From an uncultured Rhodothermales bacterium (GTDB lineage: Bacteria; Bacteroidota; Rhodothermia; Rhodothermales; VXPQ01): a DNA stretch of 64,000 nucleotides. The stretch covers positions 11,911 through 75,910 of the forward strand of contig CAZSNF010000015.1 in assembly GCA_964608315.1 (NCBI GenBank). The letters run 5' to 3'. Positions 1-9,491 of this stretch are shown in pieces (positions within the stretch are counted from its first letter, which is position 1; each line of letters opens with the position of its first letter). The notes beneath the pieces are model-generated. The model worked only from the letters and a program-made list of their open reading frames with translations. It had not been told where the DNA came from and ran no database searches. Made by a program: the position numbers and the translations under genes.

Positions 1-1676
1 GGAATCGTATTCTGCCAAGTCATTTCCCAAACGGTTTCTCCGGTCGCCGCATCCTCGATCCAGCCGTAATCGTACTGTCCGCTGAGCGAGGCTTCCCCCA
101 CGGCCCGAATCCGCAGAAATCCTTCCCCGTCGAACGTAAACGAAGCCGAAACGCGTTCCCGGTTGCCAATCCCGGTCAGATCGACCAGCGCGCCTTCCTG
201 AGACAGTGGCCGCGGCGCGCGATCCTGCGGCGCGGCGGGCGCGGTCGCCGCCGCCGAAAACGCCGAATCCTCTTCCGAAACCGGCGCTTCGTCAGGCGCC
301 TCCCGATCCGCCTCAAGCACTTCGATCGCAGCGGACGCCGGCCCCTCGTCCATCTGGAACAACGCCACTCCCCATCGTTCCGGATAATCGGGTTCTCCGT
401 GCGACCACCCGTCGTACGAATGCGAACCGTCGCTCTGGTAGGCAACCGTATAGACCCCGGGCGATAAATCCAGGAAAGCCAGTGCGCGCCAGTTGTCGTA
501 GCCAGCCGCAGGCAAGGAATTCTCCGTCGTCATGTCCCATACGACCCGCTCGGAAGACCCGGCGGTAATGGTCGCGTAATCGTACCGGTCGTCGTCCCCC
601 ATTTCCCCAAGCGCGTCCACGGCGATTCGGGCCGGCGCCTGGACGCGAAACCGCGAAACATGGCGTTCGTCGTCCCCGACGCGATGAATCCGGATGAACG
701 GCTCCCGGTCTTTCCGCAAATCGAACGGCTCCACGGCCTCCGGCGCGGCGGCGAACAACGAAATGCCCCATCCCGCCGGATCGAACGGCGGATTCCGCAC
801 CCAGTCCCCATAGTCCCGCCGCGGATCCGTCCGGAAAACCGCCCGATACAGACCGGGCGACAGGGAAACGGCCCCGTCGAACAAACGATTGACGTCCCAC
901 CCTCCCGCCGGCTCCGTATTCCCGCGCCGCATATCCCACGCCCGCTCTCCGGTGAACGCCTCTTCGATCCAGCCGTAATCCATCCGTTCCCGATCTATTT
1001 CGCCCACGGCGTACACGCGCACCTCCGCGGGTCGGGTCGCCCGAAACATATATTCGGCGGTTTCTCCCCCCTCCATGGGCGCCGATGTCCAGAGCAGCGT
1101 TTCTTCGCCGGGAGGAAAGGCAGGCGCCTCGGCGTCGGGATAGATGCGTTCGGCAACCGAATCCCCCAGCGGACGCACCGCCATGCGCCAGTGGTCCGCA
1201 TCCCCGCGCCACTCATGCCGGTCGTCCGAAGACAAATCGAGCAAACCGTCCAGAAACGACAAGCCCAGCGGGGAATCGTCCCTGTTTCCGTACGAAGTAA
1301 AATAAACGTCGTAAACGCCCGGCGACAATTCCACCGTATCCATAACGACTGCGAGCGTATTGCCCTGTCGCCGCAGCCGCGGCGAATGCATGTCCCAAAC
1401 CACCGCGCGATCTTCCCGCCGCAGCACCCATCCGTAGGCGGCGAGAGACGGGCTTTCCGAATCTTCGTCCGCTTCGAAAGACCCTGCGACGTCCAGCGCG
1501 ACGCGCACCGGCTGCTCGACGCGCAACGTTTCCTGCAACAACCGACCGGCGGAAATGTCCGAATAAACGATCACTCCCTCGGGCGGCGGGGACGGTTTCC
1601 CGACGCGCCACAGCACAAGCAGCGTAACCGCGAAAAGCAGCAACAACTGAAGCCGTATAAGACCGGATCGTTTCAT
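1..1676 (-). CDS. Signal-anchored protein of unknown function with four internal ~140-150 aa repeats. The C-terminus runs off the window start.
   Basis: Minus-strand frame is open from ATG 1676..1674 to position 1, so it has no stop and is absent from the ORF track. N-terminus MKRSGLIRLQLLLLFAVTLLVLW is hydrophobic. The motif (D)YGWI..A.TGE..W(D/E)M recurs four times in my manual translation. ORFs 313..1212(-) and 660..1712(+) are R/P-rich off-frame artefacts. Confidence 0.7.
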   Translation of the reverse strand, partial: MKRSGLIRLQLLLLFAVTLLVLWRVGKPSPPPEGVIVYSDISAGRLLQETLRVEQPVRVALDVAGSFEADEDSESPSLAAYGWVLRREDRAVVWDMHSPRLRRQGNTLAVVMDTVELSPGVYDVYFTSYGNRDDSPLGLSFLDGLLDLSSDDRHEWRGDADHWRMAVRPLGDSVAERIYPDAEAPAFPPGEETLLWTSAPMEGGETAEYMFRATRPAEVRVYAVGEIDRERMDYGWIEEAFTGERAWDMRRGNTEPAGGWDVNRLFDGAVSLSPGLYRAVFRTDPRRDYGDWVRNPPFDPAGWGISLFAAAPEAVEPFDLRKDREPFIRIHRVGDDERHVSRFRVQAPARIAVDALGEMGDDDRYDYATITAGSSERVVWDMTTENSLPAAGYDNWRALAFLDLSPGVYTVAYQSDGSHSYDGWSHGEPDYPERWGVALFQMDEGPASAAIEVLEADREAPDEAPVSEEDSAFSAAATAPAAPQDRAPRPLSQEGALVDLTGIGNRERVSASFTFDGEGFLRIRAVGEASLSGQYDYGWIEDAATGETVWEMTWQNTI

Positions 1677-1745
1677 GCGGCCTGGTCGCCTGCGTATAAG
1701 GAGGAATCGTAAAAAATCGTACGAAAATTAAAATCTGCGCACCGA

Positions 1746-4070
1746 ATGTACGCAACGGGCTATCCTTTACGTATTTACGTATCAAACCGGGACAAAGTTA
1801 CCAAACCGGGCGAAGCAAGAACCGCGCGGCGCATTCTCCGTATCAAAGACGCCCTCTCATCCGGCAGACTGCCTGTGCCAAATCATTTCGCAAATAGGAT
1901 TCTCCGAAGCGGGCAAGGCTATATCGACGTAGCGTTGCGCAACCAAAAACATCGCATCGCTTTCCTCGCAGCCGCACTGATATGTTTCGCCCTCGGCGCA
2001 GCATACAACGTATTCGAATGGTTGTCCGGCGCGCCCTGGCACCCCGCGGCGGATTTCGCATACCAGATGGTGATCGTCACGGGATTCGCGCTGTTCTGGT
2101 TTCTGCTGGCGTATTTCCTGAAACAGCGACCCGTCAGCCCGCTCAAAACGTTCTGGACCACCTTGCTGCTGGGCGTGCTTGCCGCAGGCGTCATCCGATT
2201 GCTGGTAGACATTACCGCCACCGCCCCGGAGGACGTACCCGTCACGCCCGCCCTGCTGGGTTTCGAATACGGCACCGGCGTTCCGCTCACGTTCGCCACG
2301 GTCGTCAAGATGCACGTGATCAGTTTCCTGCGAGCGCTCGTCGCCTTTTACCTGTTGTTGCGCTTTCAGGACCTGGTGCTGTTCAAACGCACGAAGCAAA
2401 GCCAGCGAAACTGGTATCTCATGCTCGTGTTCATGGGCGTCTTTTCGCTCCTCGCCATTCTGAAAGACCCCGCCGAAGACCCCAACGTGGTGCAATTCGC
2501 GGCCATCATTCCGGTCATCATTCTTATGATCCTGAATTCGTTCCGCGTGTCATGGATCGTTTTCCTGTCGTTCCGGGCCAAGGCGGCGGGCGTGGGCCTC
2601 TCCGTCCTGCTCATGCTGATGCTGGCGGGGACCCTCCCCGCAGAAGGGATTCTGCCGGCCCATTTCATGTACATACGCCACGCCAGCTACCCCCTCGATC
2701 AATTCACGCTGGTCGCATTGTCTTTTGGCCTGTTGTATTGCGTAACGTCGTTCCTTTTTCTCGTTTTTCACCTTCCGACCACCGGAGATTTCCAGCGCAA
2801 GGCCGGAGAAGTCGCCGCCATGTATTCGCTGACGAATCTCGTCAACAAGGCGTTCGACCCCGACAAACTGCATCTCGCCATTACGAAAACTCCCGTGGAG
2901 ACGGGCGCAGCGCAAATGGCCTGGCTGGCGATCAAAGACGAACGAAGCGGTTCGCTGCGCCCGCAGGTCGCGGCGGCGTGGAACACCACCGCCGAAGAAA
3001 TCGAAGCCATGACGGACGTGGCGGCGCTGTACGAAGAACTCGCGAGCCGGCGCGAGCCGGTCATTCTGAACGAAGCGCCCGCAGACCACCGCATCCGGAG
3101 CAATCCGGGCAACCCGATCGGCGCCATGCTGATGACGCCCCTCGTCACGCGAGACACGTTGCTGGGCGGGCTTTTCGTGGCCAAGGACATCGCACAGGGG
3201 TTCGAGGAGGACGATATCGAAGCGATCGGCGTCTACGCTGCCCAGGCCGCCATCGCGCTGGACAATGCGCGCCTTTTCGAAGAGAAACTCGAACGCGAAC
3301 GCCTGTCCCGCGAGCTGGACATCGCCCGCGACATGCAAAAAAGGCTCTTGCCGCGCGACCTGCCGAAAATGCAGGGTCTGGCCATCGCCGCTTCCAGCAT
3401 CCCCGCTCACGAAGTGGGTGGAGATTATTACGATTTCCTGAAACTGGACGAGGACCGGCTGGCGTTCATCGTAGCGGACGTATCCGGCAAGGGCATCTCC
3501 GCGGCGTTCTACATGGCGGAACTACAGGGCGTCTTCCGCGCCACCGCGCGCATAGCGCCCGGGCCGGCGGATTTTCTCGCACAGGCCAACGTGGCGATTT
3601 CTTCTGCGCTTGAGCGCGGCATGTTCGTATCCGCAATTTACGGGGTAATCGACAGCCGCGCGGGAACGGTGACGCTGGCCCGCGCCGGACATTGCCCGGC
3701 CATTCATATTTCCAGAGAGGGCGTGGAGCGCGACGTGCGCCCGCCCGGCGTCGCCCTCGGAATGGACCGAAGCAAGCGTTTCCGAAAACACCTCGAAGAA
3801 GAGCGTATTTCGCTTCGGCCCGGCGACACGGTTGCAGTCTATACGGACGGAATCGTCGAAAGCAGGGACAGCGAGGGGACCCTGTACGGACACAAGCGCC
3901 TGGTCGAAGCCCTCAAAACGCATCGACTACAAGACGTATCGGCCATCTACGAAGCGCTGCTCGCGAACCTTCACGAGTACATTGGTCGTACTGAATACGA
4001 CGACGACATGACCCTTGTGGTCATGCAATGGAACGGCATGCAAAACCATACGAAACAAGCGGCGACATGA
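1746..4070 (+). CDS. Membrane-bound PP2C/SpoIIE-family serine phosphatase with a multi-TM N-terminal region and a GAF-like middle domain (RsbU-like).
   Basis: 774-aa ORF with many hydrophobic helices in the first ~350 aa. C-terminal PP2C motifs: HEVGGDYYDF, VADVSGKGISAAFYMA, YTDGIVES, DDDMTLVV. Its stop overlaps the next start (ATGA at 4067-4070). Start codon is uncertain. Confidence 0.85.
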   Translation: MYATGYPLRIYVSNRDKVTKPGEARTARRILRIKDALSSGRLPVPNHFANRILRSGQGYIDVALRNQKHRIAFLAAALICFALGAAYNVFEWLSGAPWHPAADFAYQMVIVTGFALFWFLLAYFLKQRPVSPLKTFWTTLLLGVLAAGVIRLLVDITATAPEDVPVTPALLGFEYGTGVPLTFATVVKMHVISFLRALVAFYLLLRFQDLVLFKRTKQSQRNWYLMLVFMGVFSLLAILKDPAEDPNVVQFAAIIPVIILMILNSFRVSWIVFLSFRAKAAGVGLSVLLMLMLAGTLPAEGILPAHFMYIRHASYPLDQFTLVALSFGLLYCVTSFLFLVFHLPTTGDFQRKAGEVAAMYSLTNLVNKAFDPDKLHLAITKTPVETGAAQMAWLAIKDERSGSLRPQVAAAWNTTAEEIEAMTDVAALYEELASRREPVILNEAPADHRIRSNPGNPIGAMLMTPLVTRDTLLGGLFVAKDIAQGFEEDDIEAIGVYAAQAAIALDNARLFEEKLERERLSRELDIARDMQKRLLPRDLPKMQGLAIAASSIPAHEVGGDYYDFLKLDEDRLAFIVADVSGKGISAAFYMAELQGVFRATARIAPGPADFLAQANVAISSALERGMFVSAIYGVIDSRAGTVTLARAGHCPAIHISREGVERDVRPPGVALGMDRSKRFRKHLEEERISLRPGDTVAVYTDGIVESRDSEGTLYGHKRLVEALKTHRLQDVSAIYEALLANLHEYIGRTEYDDDMTLVVMQWNGMQNHTKQAAT

Positions 4071-4435
4071 GCAATTTTTCGGTTGGATTCCGCACGGAAG
4101 CACATATTCGCATTCTTGATCTGAACGGCGAACTGGATGCGCATACCGCATCCGAACTGGAAGCGGCGCTGCAAAAGTGTCGGGAGGAAGAAAATTACCG
4201 CATCGTCGCGAACGGGAAGCACCTGAAGTATATCTCCAGCGCCGGTCTGGGCGTATTCATGGCGTATATCGAGGAAATACGCGAGGCCGGAGGGGATATC
4301 AAGATTGCGGAACTCCAGGCAAGCGTCTTCAACATATTCGACCTGCTGGGCTTTCCGCTGCTGTTCGATATTGTCGAGGAAGAACAGGAAGCCATCCGGA
4401 AATTCGATGCAGACCCCGACGAAAACGCTGCCTGA
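4067..4435 (+). CDS. STAS-domain anti-sigma-factor antagonist (RsbV/SpoIIAA-like).
   Basis: MSNFSVGFRTEAHIRILDLNGELDAHTASELEAAL...KYISSAGLGVF has typical STAS architecture with the phosphorylatable Ser context (ISSAGLG). The internal ATG at 4067 was chosen because it overlaps the upstream stop. Confidence 0.8.
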   Translation: MSNFSVGFRTEAHIRILDLNGELDAHTASELEAALQKCREEENYRIVANGKHLKYISSAGLGVFMAYIEEIREAGGDIKIAELQASVFNIFDLLGFPLLFDIVEEEQEAIRKFDADPDENAA

Positions 4436-4469
4436 CCTGCGCCCCGGCGCCGGAGCAACCCCTTCCCCC

Positions 4470-4919
4470 ATGCCCGAATCCGCACATAGCCTTTGCATCC
4501 CTGGCGTCACGCAACGCCTTGGCGAGGTGCGGCGGTTCGTGGAAAAATATGCCCGCGAGGCAGACCTCGACGAGGAAGCGATCGCGCATGTAACGATCGC
4601 CGTGGACGAAGCCTGCGCCAATGTGATCAAACATGCCTATAACGAAGACGGGCGGGACATTTCGATCCGCGTCGCGATCGCCCCCGAACGATTCACTGTG
4701 TTCATCGAAGATCAGGGGCAGCCTTTCCGCCCGGAATTATGGTCTGAACCGGACATTTTCCGAATTGCAGAAAGCAGGCGAAGAGGCGGGCTCGGCGTAC
4801 AGATCATGCGCAGCCTGATGGATGAGGTGGAATACGCGACCCGGGGAACTACGAATCAGGTGCGCCTGACGAAATTTCGCGGCGAGGCGCCCGACCGGAA
4901 CCCCGAAAAAACCGCCTGA
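4470..4919 (+). CDS. Anti-sigma regulatory factor, Ser/Thr protein kinase (RsbW/SpoIIAB-like, HATPase_c).
   Basis: Motifs VDEACANVIKHAY (N-box) and RRGGLGVQIMRSLMDEV (G-box). Alternative in-frame ATG at 4407. The track start at 4305 lies inside the STAS gene. Confidence 0.8.
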   Translation: MPESAHSLCIPGVTQRLGEVRRFVEKYAREADLDEEAIAHVTIAVDEACANVIKHAYNEDGRDISIRVAIAPERFTVFIEDQGQPFRPELWSEPDIFRIAESRRRGGLGVQIMRSLMDEVEYATRGTTNQVRLTKFRGEAPDRNPEKTA

Positions 4920-4968
4920 CGAACCGGAAAGCCCTGATCCGGCGCAAAAGAAATCCGCAGAAAAAACC

Positions 4969-5700
4969 ATGAACAAGCCCTACGCACCCCGCGGCGCAGC
5001 GCCCGCAGCGCCGCCTGGCGCGATCCTGTGCGCGATCCTGTGCGCGGCCCTGTGGGGATCGGATCCGGGCGCGCTCCGGGAAGCCCGGGCGCAAACCCCG
5101 GAAATCATGGAGCCTTCCGTACGAAGGGCGTCCTCGGGCAAAGCGTTTGCGCTCAGCCTCCTCGCCCCCGGCCTGGGCCACCGCCACGCCCGAGGCGGAG
5201 ACTGGGGCCGCCTCGGCACGGCCTTCGCCCTCACGGACGCAGGCTTGTGGGCGGGACTTCTGGGCGCAAACTGGCGGCGCAGCCATCTTGTAGAAAGTTA
5301 TCGGACCATGGCGACGCGCTACGCCGGCGTCGATCCGGCGGGCAAGGATCGAACGTTTTACCTGTACGCCGCCACGTACCGGTCCTCGCAGGATTTTACC
5401 GACGCACAGTACCGGAACCTCGCACTGGATCAGATAGCGTACGCCGCCGACCCCTCGTTTCAGTGGCGATGGGATACCGAAGAACATTTTTTGCGTTTTC
5501 GCGAACTCCGCGAAGACGCCGAATCGTTGCGGCGGCGGCGCAGCATACTCATCGCTTCCCTTGCCGCCAACCGGCTGATCGCCGGTATTTCCGCCTTGCG
5601 CGCCGCCGGGCGGAACAATCGATCCGGGTTGCGCATTTCGCTCGGCGCTCCGCCCGCCGGGACCGACGCCCCCTTCGTGCGAATGCGCTACGCATTCTGA
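4969..5700 (+). CDS. Hypothetical exported/membrane protein.
   Basis: 243-aa ORF with coding-like composition. N-terminal hydrophobic stretch GAILCAILCAALWG. The LLAPGLGH motif weakly resembles DUF5683-type proteins (unverified). Confidence 0.5.
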   Translation: MNKPYAPRGAAPAAPPGAILCAILCAALWGSDPGALREARAQTPEIMEPSVRRASSGKAFALSLLAPGLGHRHARGGDWGRLGTAFALTDAGLWAGLLGANWRRSHLVESYRTMATRYAGVDPAGKDRTFYLYAATYRSSQDFTDAQYRNLALDQIAYAADPSFQWRWDTEEHFLRFRELREDAESLRRRRSILIASLAANRLIAGISALRAAGRNNRSGLRISLGAPPAGTDAPFVRMRYAF

Positions 5701-5731
5701 TCCGGCGTTCCAATCCGGCCCGAAATGCGCC

Positions 5732-5841
5732 CTGACTGTGTCATTTCTCAATTATGCGGGGCCGCCGCCTGCATTGCTTCGCATTCCTCGCCAGGGCGCC
5801 TCTCGCAGCCTCTGAACTTTGCAGATTTAATCAGAGTATCC
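5732..5841 (+). repeat. Partial copy of the MITE-like repeat family (stem-loop A module plus right terminal repeat).
   Basis: Aligns by eye to 14300-14408 of the full copy: ...gtcatt(t/c)ctca(a)ttatgcgggg...cctcgcagcctctgaactttgcaga(t/a)ttaatcagag... It ends in TTAATCAGAGTATCC. Confidence 0.75.
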
Positions 5842-5956
5842 TTGACATATAAACGCTCGCAGCGGTATCTTTGCAACCCTTTGCCGTTTCCGCGCTCCGT
5901 TCCGCGGCGCCCGCCGACAGCGCGGCGGACGCAAAAATACGACGCAAAAACACGCC

Positions 5957-6030
5957 GGGTCCTTAGCTCAGTTGGTTAGAGCGCTACGTTGACATCGTAG
6001 AGGTCGATGGTTCGAATCCGTCAGGACCCA
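5957..6030 (+). tRNA. tRNA-Val (anticodon GAC).
   Basis: Manual cloverleaf: acceptor GGGTCCT/AGGACCC, D-arm GCTC..GAGC, anticodon stem CTACG/CGTAG with loop TTGACAT, T-arm GATGG TTCGAAT CCGTC, discriminator A. 74 nt, no encoded CCA. Confidence 0.9.
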
Positions 6031-6077
6031 CACCCCCGGTCAGTTTGTCGCCTTGCGGCGCATCGCCCGAATTTATG

Positions 6078-6244
6078 GATACCCTGGCCAAAACCCCTTC
6101 GCTCAGCGCGTCGCGTTCGCGGACGCAGGACGCCATGCTTGCATCGTTAAAATCAGTGAAAAACACTTCGCATTCGCGCCGTCGCGTCCGTGACGCGCCC
6201 TTCGGGAGGCTGCGAGGGGCTTTGTGGACTCAATCAGAGTAGCC
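6078..6244 (+). repeat. Repeat-family copy lacking module A (left end + stem-loop B module + right end).
   Basis: GGATACCCTGG...cgcgttcgcg...gacgcgcccttcgggaggctgcgagg...CAATCAGAGTAGCC. It ends 2 nt before the thrS ATG. Confidence 0.7.
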
Positions 6245-6246
6245 AT

Positions 6247-8199
6247 ATGCCTGCCGACCACATCGCCATTACGCTCCCCGACGGGTCCGTCCACCGACGC
6301 GAAACCGGGATTACGGGGCAGGAACTTGCCCGCGGCATTTCGGCGGGCCTCGCCCGACAGGCATTGGCCGTACGGGTAAACGGAGAAGTCCGGGACCTGA
6401 CCCGACCCATCGACGAAGACGCCGCCATCGAGATTCTTACCTGGAGCGACCCGGACGGACAATCAACCTTTCGGCATTCCACGGCGCATCTCATGGCCGA
6501 AGCGCTCGAAGAGTTGTTTCCCGGCGTCAAATTCGGTATCGGACCGCCCATCGAGCAGGGATTCTACTACGACGTGGATACCGGCGACCGCAAAATCGGC
6601 GCGGACGACCTGGAGCGCATCGAGAAGCGGATGCGCGAGCTGGCCGCGCGCGACGCAGCGTACGAACGGCAAGACGTCTCCAAAGCGGATGCGATCCGGT
6701 ACTTTCGGGACAAGGGCGACGAGTACAAACTGGAACTGCTCGAAGACCTCGAAGACGGATCGATCACCTTCTACCGGCAGGGCAACTTCGTCGATCTGTG
6801 CCGCGGCCCCCACATCCCCTCGACAGGCCGGATCAGGCATGTCAAACTGCTCCATATCGCCGGCGCGTACTGGCGCGGAGACGAACGACGGCCTCAGTTG
6901 ACGCGCATCTACGGCGTCAGCTTCCCGAAAAAAAGCATGCTCGACGAGCATCTGGAGCGGCTGGCCCTCGCCGCGGAGCGCGACCACCGCAAACTGGGGA
7001 AGGAACTGGAATTGTTCGCCTTCGACAAACAGGTGGGCGCCGGATTGCCGATGTGGCTGCCGCGCGGCGCGGTCTTGCGCGAAACGCTCATAAATTTTCT
7101 GAAAAAAGAGCAGTTGGACCGGGGATACGAACCCGTCGTTACGCCGCACATCGGACGGCTCGATCTCTACAAGGCAAGCGGGCACTATCCCTACTACCGG
7201 GAAAGCCAGTTCCCTCCCATGCTGGACGCCCGCGACGAGGAAGAGGGGTTTTTGCTGAAACCCATGAATTGCCCGCACCATATTCGCATCTACGCGAACA
7301 AGCTGCGGTCGTACCGGGACCTCCCCGTGCGCTACGCGGAGTTCGGCGCGGTCTATCGGTACGAGCAGTCCGGGGAGTTGGGCGGATTGACCCGCGTACG
7401 CGGATTTACGCAGGACGACGGCCACATTTTCTGCACCGACGAGCAAGTAAAAGACGAATTCAAAAACGTCATCGACCTGACGCTGAGGGTATTGGGCGCG
7501 CTGAACTTTACCGATTTCAAGGCGCAGATTTCCCTGCACGACCCGGCGGACCGGGAAAAATATCAGGGGGACCAGGCGCGCTGGGAGCAAGCCGAACAGG
7601 CTATCCGCGAGGCAGTCCGGGAAACGGGGCTGGATGCGGTCGAAAAAACGGGCGAGGCGGCTTTCTACGGTCCCAAGCTGGATTTCATGGTGAAAGACGC
7701 GCTGGGCCGCGAATGGCAACTGGGCACGGTGCAACTGGACTACAACCTGCCGGAACGATTCGATCTTTCCTATGTCGGGGCAGACGACAAAAAACACCGG
7801 CCGGCGATGATCCACCGGGCGCCGTTCGGATCGCTGGAGCGATTCATCGGCGTGCTGATAGAACATTGCGGGGGCAACTTCCCGCTATGGCTGGCGCCCG
7901 TGCAGGCCATGGTCATTCCGATTTCCGAAAATCAGCGCGAATACGCCGAAAAAGTCGCTACGCAACTGCGTGAACACGACATCCGCGTGCAAGTGGACCG
8001 CCGCAACGAAAAAGCGGGATACAAGATCCGAAGCGCCGAGATGAACAAAACGCCCGTTATGCTCATCGTCGGCGCGCGCGAACAGGAAAAGGGCGCCGTC
8101 TCGGTACGGCGGCATGGCCAGGGAGAACAGGATACCGTATCCGTAGAAGAATGCGCGCAGCGGATGGTCCTGGAGATCGCCGAAGGCAAGAAGCGTTGA
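6247..8199 (+). CDS. thrS: Threonine--tRNA ligase.
   Basis: N-terminus MPADHIAITLPDGSV (TGS domain), then a class II core (FRHSTAHLMAEA, MNCPHH, RGFTQDDGHIF, HRAPFGSLERFIGVLIEH). The track start at 6190 (GTG) reads through the repeat element and is rejected. Confidence 0.95.
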   Translation: MPADHIAITLPDGSVHRRETGITGQELARGISAGLARQALAVRVNGEVRDLTRPIDEDAAIEILTWSDPDGQSTFRHSTAHLMAEALEELFPGVKFGIGPPIEQGFYYDVDTGDRKIGADDLERIEKRMRELAARDAAYERQDVSKADAIRYFRDKGDEYKLELLEDLEDGSITFYRQGNFVDLCRGPHIPSTGRIRHVKLLHIAGAYWRGDERRPQLTRIYGVSFPKKSMLDEHLERLALAAERDHRKLGKELELFAFDKQVGAGLPMWLPRGAVLRETLINFLKKEQLDRGYEPVVTPHIGRLDLYKASGHYPYYRESQFPPMLDARDEEEGFLLKPMNCPHHIRIYANKLRSYRDLPVRYAEFGAVYRYEQSGELGGLTRVRGFTQDDGHIFCTDEQVKDEFKNVIDLTLRVLGALNFTDFKAQISLHDPADREKYQGDQARWEQAEQAIREAVRETGLDAVEKTGEAAFYGPKLDFMVKDALGREWQLGTVQLDYNLPERFDLSYVGADDKKHRPAMIHRAPFGSLERFIGVLIEHCGGNFPLWLAPVQAMVIPISENQREYAEKVATQLREHDIRVQVDRRNEKAGYKIRSAEMNKTPVMLIVGAREQEKGAVSVRRHGQGEQDTVSVEECAQRMVLEIAEGKKR

Positions 8200-8393
8200 A
8201 GAAACGCTGATTTAGGGTCTGTGGATGCGCCTTTGAGCGAAACATCGGGCCCCAAAATCTCTGTGCCAACCCATCGTCTGCCTACCCTTATGTTTAGGAC
8301 ACTCTGATTAAAATTACTTGCAGAGATATTCTTTCTGATCCCGTCTGCACAACATCGTTACAATTCAGGGGAAACCAAACGATCCCGGCTCGC

Positions 8394-9059
8394 GTGAAAT
8401 TGATACGGGAGCGCAGCGCCATCGTTGCAGAACAGGCGCGCCCCCCCGTACAAAGCTCGCGGCCCGCCCCGAATTGTCGTCCGACGGCATACGGAACGCG
8501 CCGGAGATGCTCCCCTGCCCCCTCCACCCATAAAAAAGACAGAAGAACCATCGCTCGCAAAGTACGCATCAACGAGGATATCCGGGCCAATATGGTCCGG
8601 GTCGTAGATCCCAGCGGAGAACACCATGTTGTCTATATCGACGAGGCGCTGAAACGCGCCCGCGCCCACAAAATGGACCTGGTCGAGATTGCCCCCTCGG
8701 CGGACCCGCCCGTGTGCAAGATCGTAGACTACGGCAAGTTTCGGTACGAACAACAGAAAAAAGGGAAGGAACAACGCAAAAAATCGCAAACCATCCAGCT
8801 CAAGGAAGTACGCTTCCGCCCGCATACGGACACGCACGACTTTGAATTCAAGACGCGCCACGCGCGCAACTTCCTGCAAAGCGGCAACAAGGTCAAGGCG
8901 TGGGTGCAGTTCCGCGGACGGGACATCATTTACAAGGAGCAGGGCATGGATTTGCTGCGACGATTCACCGAGGACTTGCAGGATGTGGCTCGCATTGATC
9001 AGCCGCCCCGCATGGAAGGCCGCCGCATGACGACGATCCTGGCGCCGGACAAAAAATAG
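8394..9059 (+). CDS. infC: Translation initiation factor IF-3. The true start is probably downstream and non-canonical.
   Basis: Conserved region from RINEDIRANMVRVVDPSGEH to the C-terminal domain (LKEVRFRPHTDTHDFEFK...). The first ~50 residues from GTG 8394 are R/P-rich and not protein-like. Confidence 0.85.
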   Translation: MKLIRERSAIVAEQARPPVQSSRPAPNCRPTAYGTRRRCSPAPSTHKKDRRTIARKVRINEDIRANMVRVVDPSGEHHVVYIDEALKRARAHKMDLVEIAPSADPPVCKIVDYGKFRYEQQKKGKEQRKKSQTIQLKEVRFRPHTDTHDFEFKTRHARNFLQSGNKVKAWVQFRGRDIIYKEQGMDLLRRFTEDLQDVARIDQPPRMEGRRMTTILAPDKK

Positions 9060-9280
9060 CCGCAAACCTGGCCACAAGCCCGAGCCAAAAACCCCGACCG
9101 AAAGCCCGGGCAAAAACCCGACAGGAAATCTGAAAAGTCGGGAACCCGAGGGATGTCCGCATCGTATTTATAGTTTAGACCTTTTTTATGACCCGGCATG
9201 TCCTCGCCTGCGGCGCGGGCGTGCGCATCGTCCGGAAACGCTCCTCGTTTCGAGGCCCGCGCATCCGGCGCAAAGTGCTT

Positions 9281-9475
9281 ATGCCCAGGATGAAATCGAA
9301 TAGCGGCGCCCGGAAACGCTTCAAGGTAACCGGCTCCGGGAAGCTGGCCCGAAAGAAAGCGTACAAAAGCCACATCCTGACCAAAAAATCGGCCAAACGC
9401 AAGCGCGGCCTGCGCGAAAGCACGCTTGTCGACAAAACCGACGCGCCGCGGATGAAACGGCTTATTCAGTCCTGA
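9281..9475 (+). CDS. rpmI: 50S ribosomal protein L35.
   Basis: [39 protein letters not shown] verified at 9281. The track start at 9188 is an artefactual extension. Confidence 0.9.
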   Translation: MPRMKSNSGARKRFKVTGSGKLARKKAYKSHILTKKSAKRKRGLRESTLVDKTDAPRMKRLIQS

Positions 9476-9491
9476 TCGCTCTTTAGTTCTT

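Noticed and set aside
8200-8393. A T-box or other leader riboswitch around the thrS / infC intergenic regions.
   Set aside because: I could not identify a specifier-loop/T-box consensus (AGAGA...GGUGNRA-type) by eye. The region contains repeat-family fragments instead. This needs a covariance-model scan to settle.
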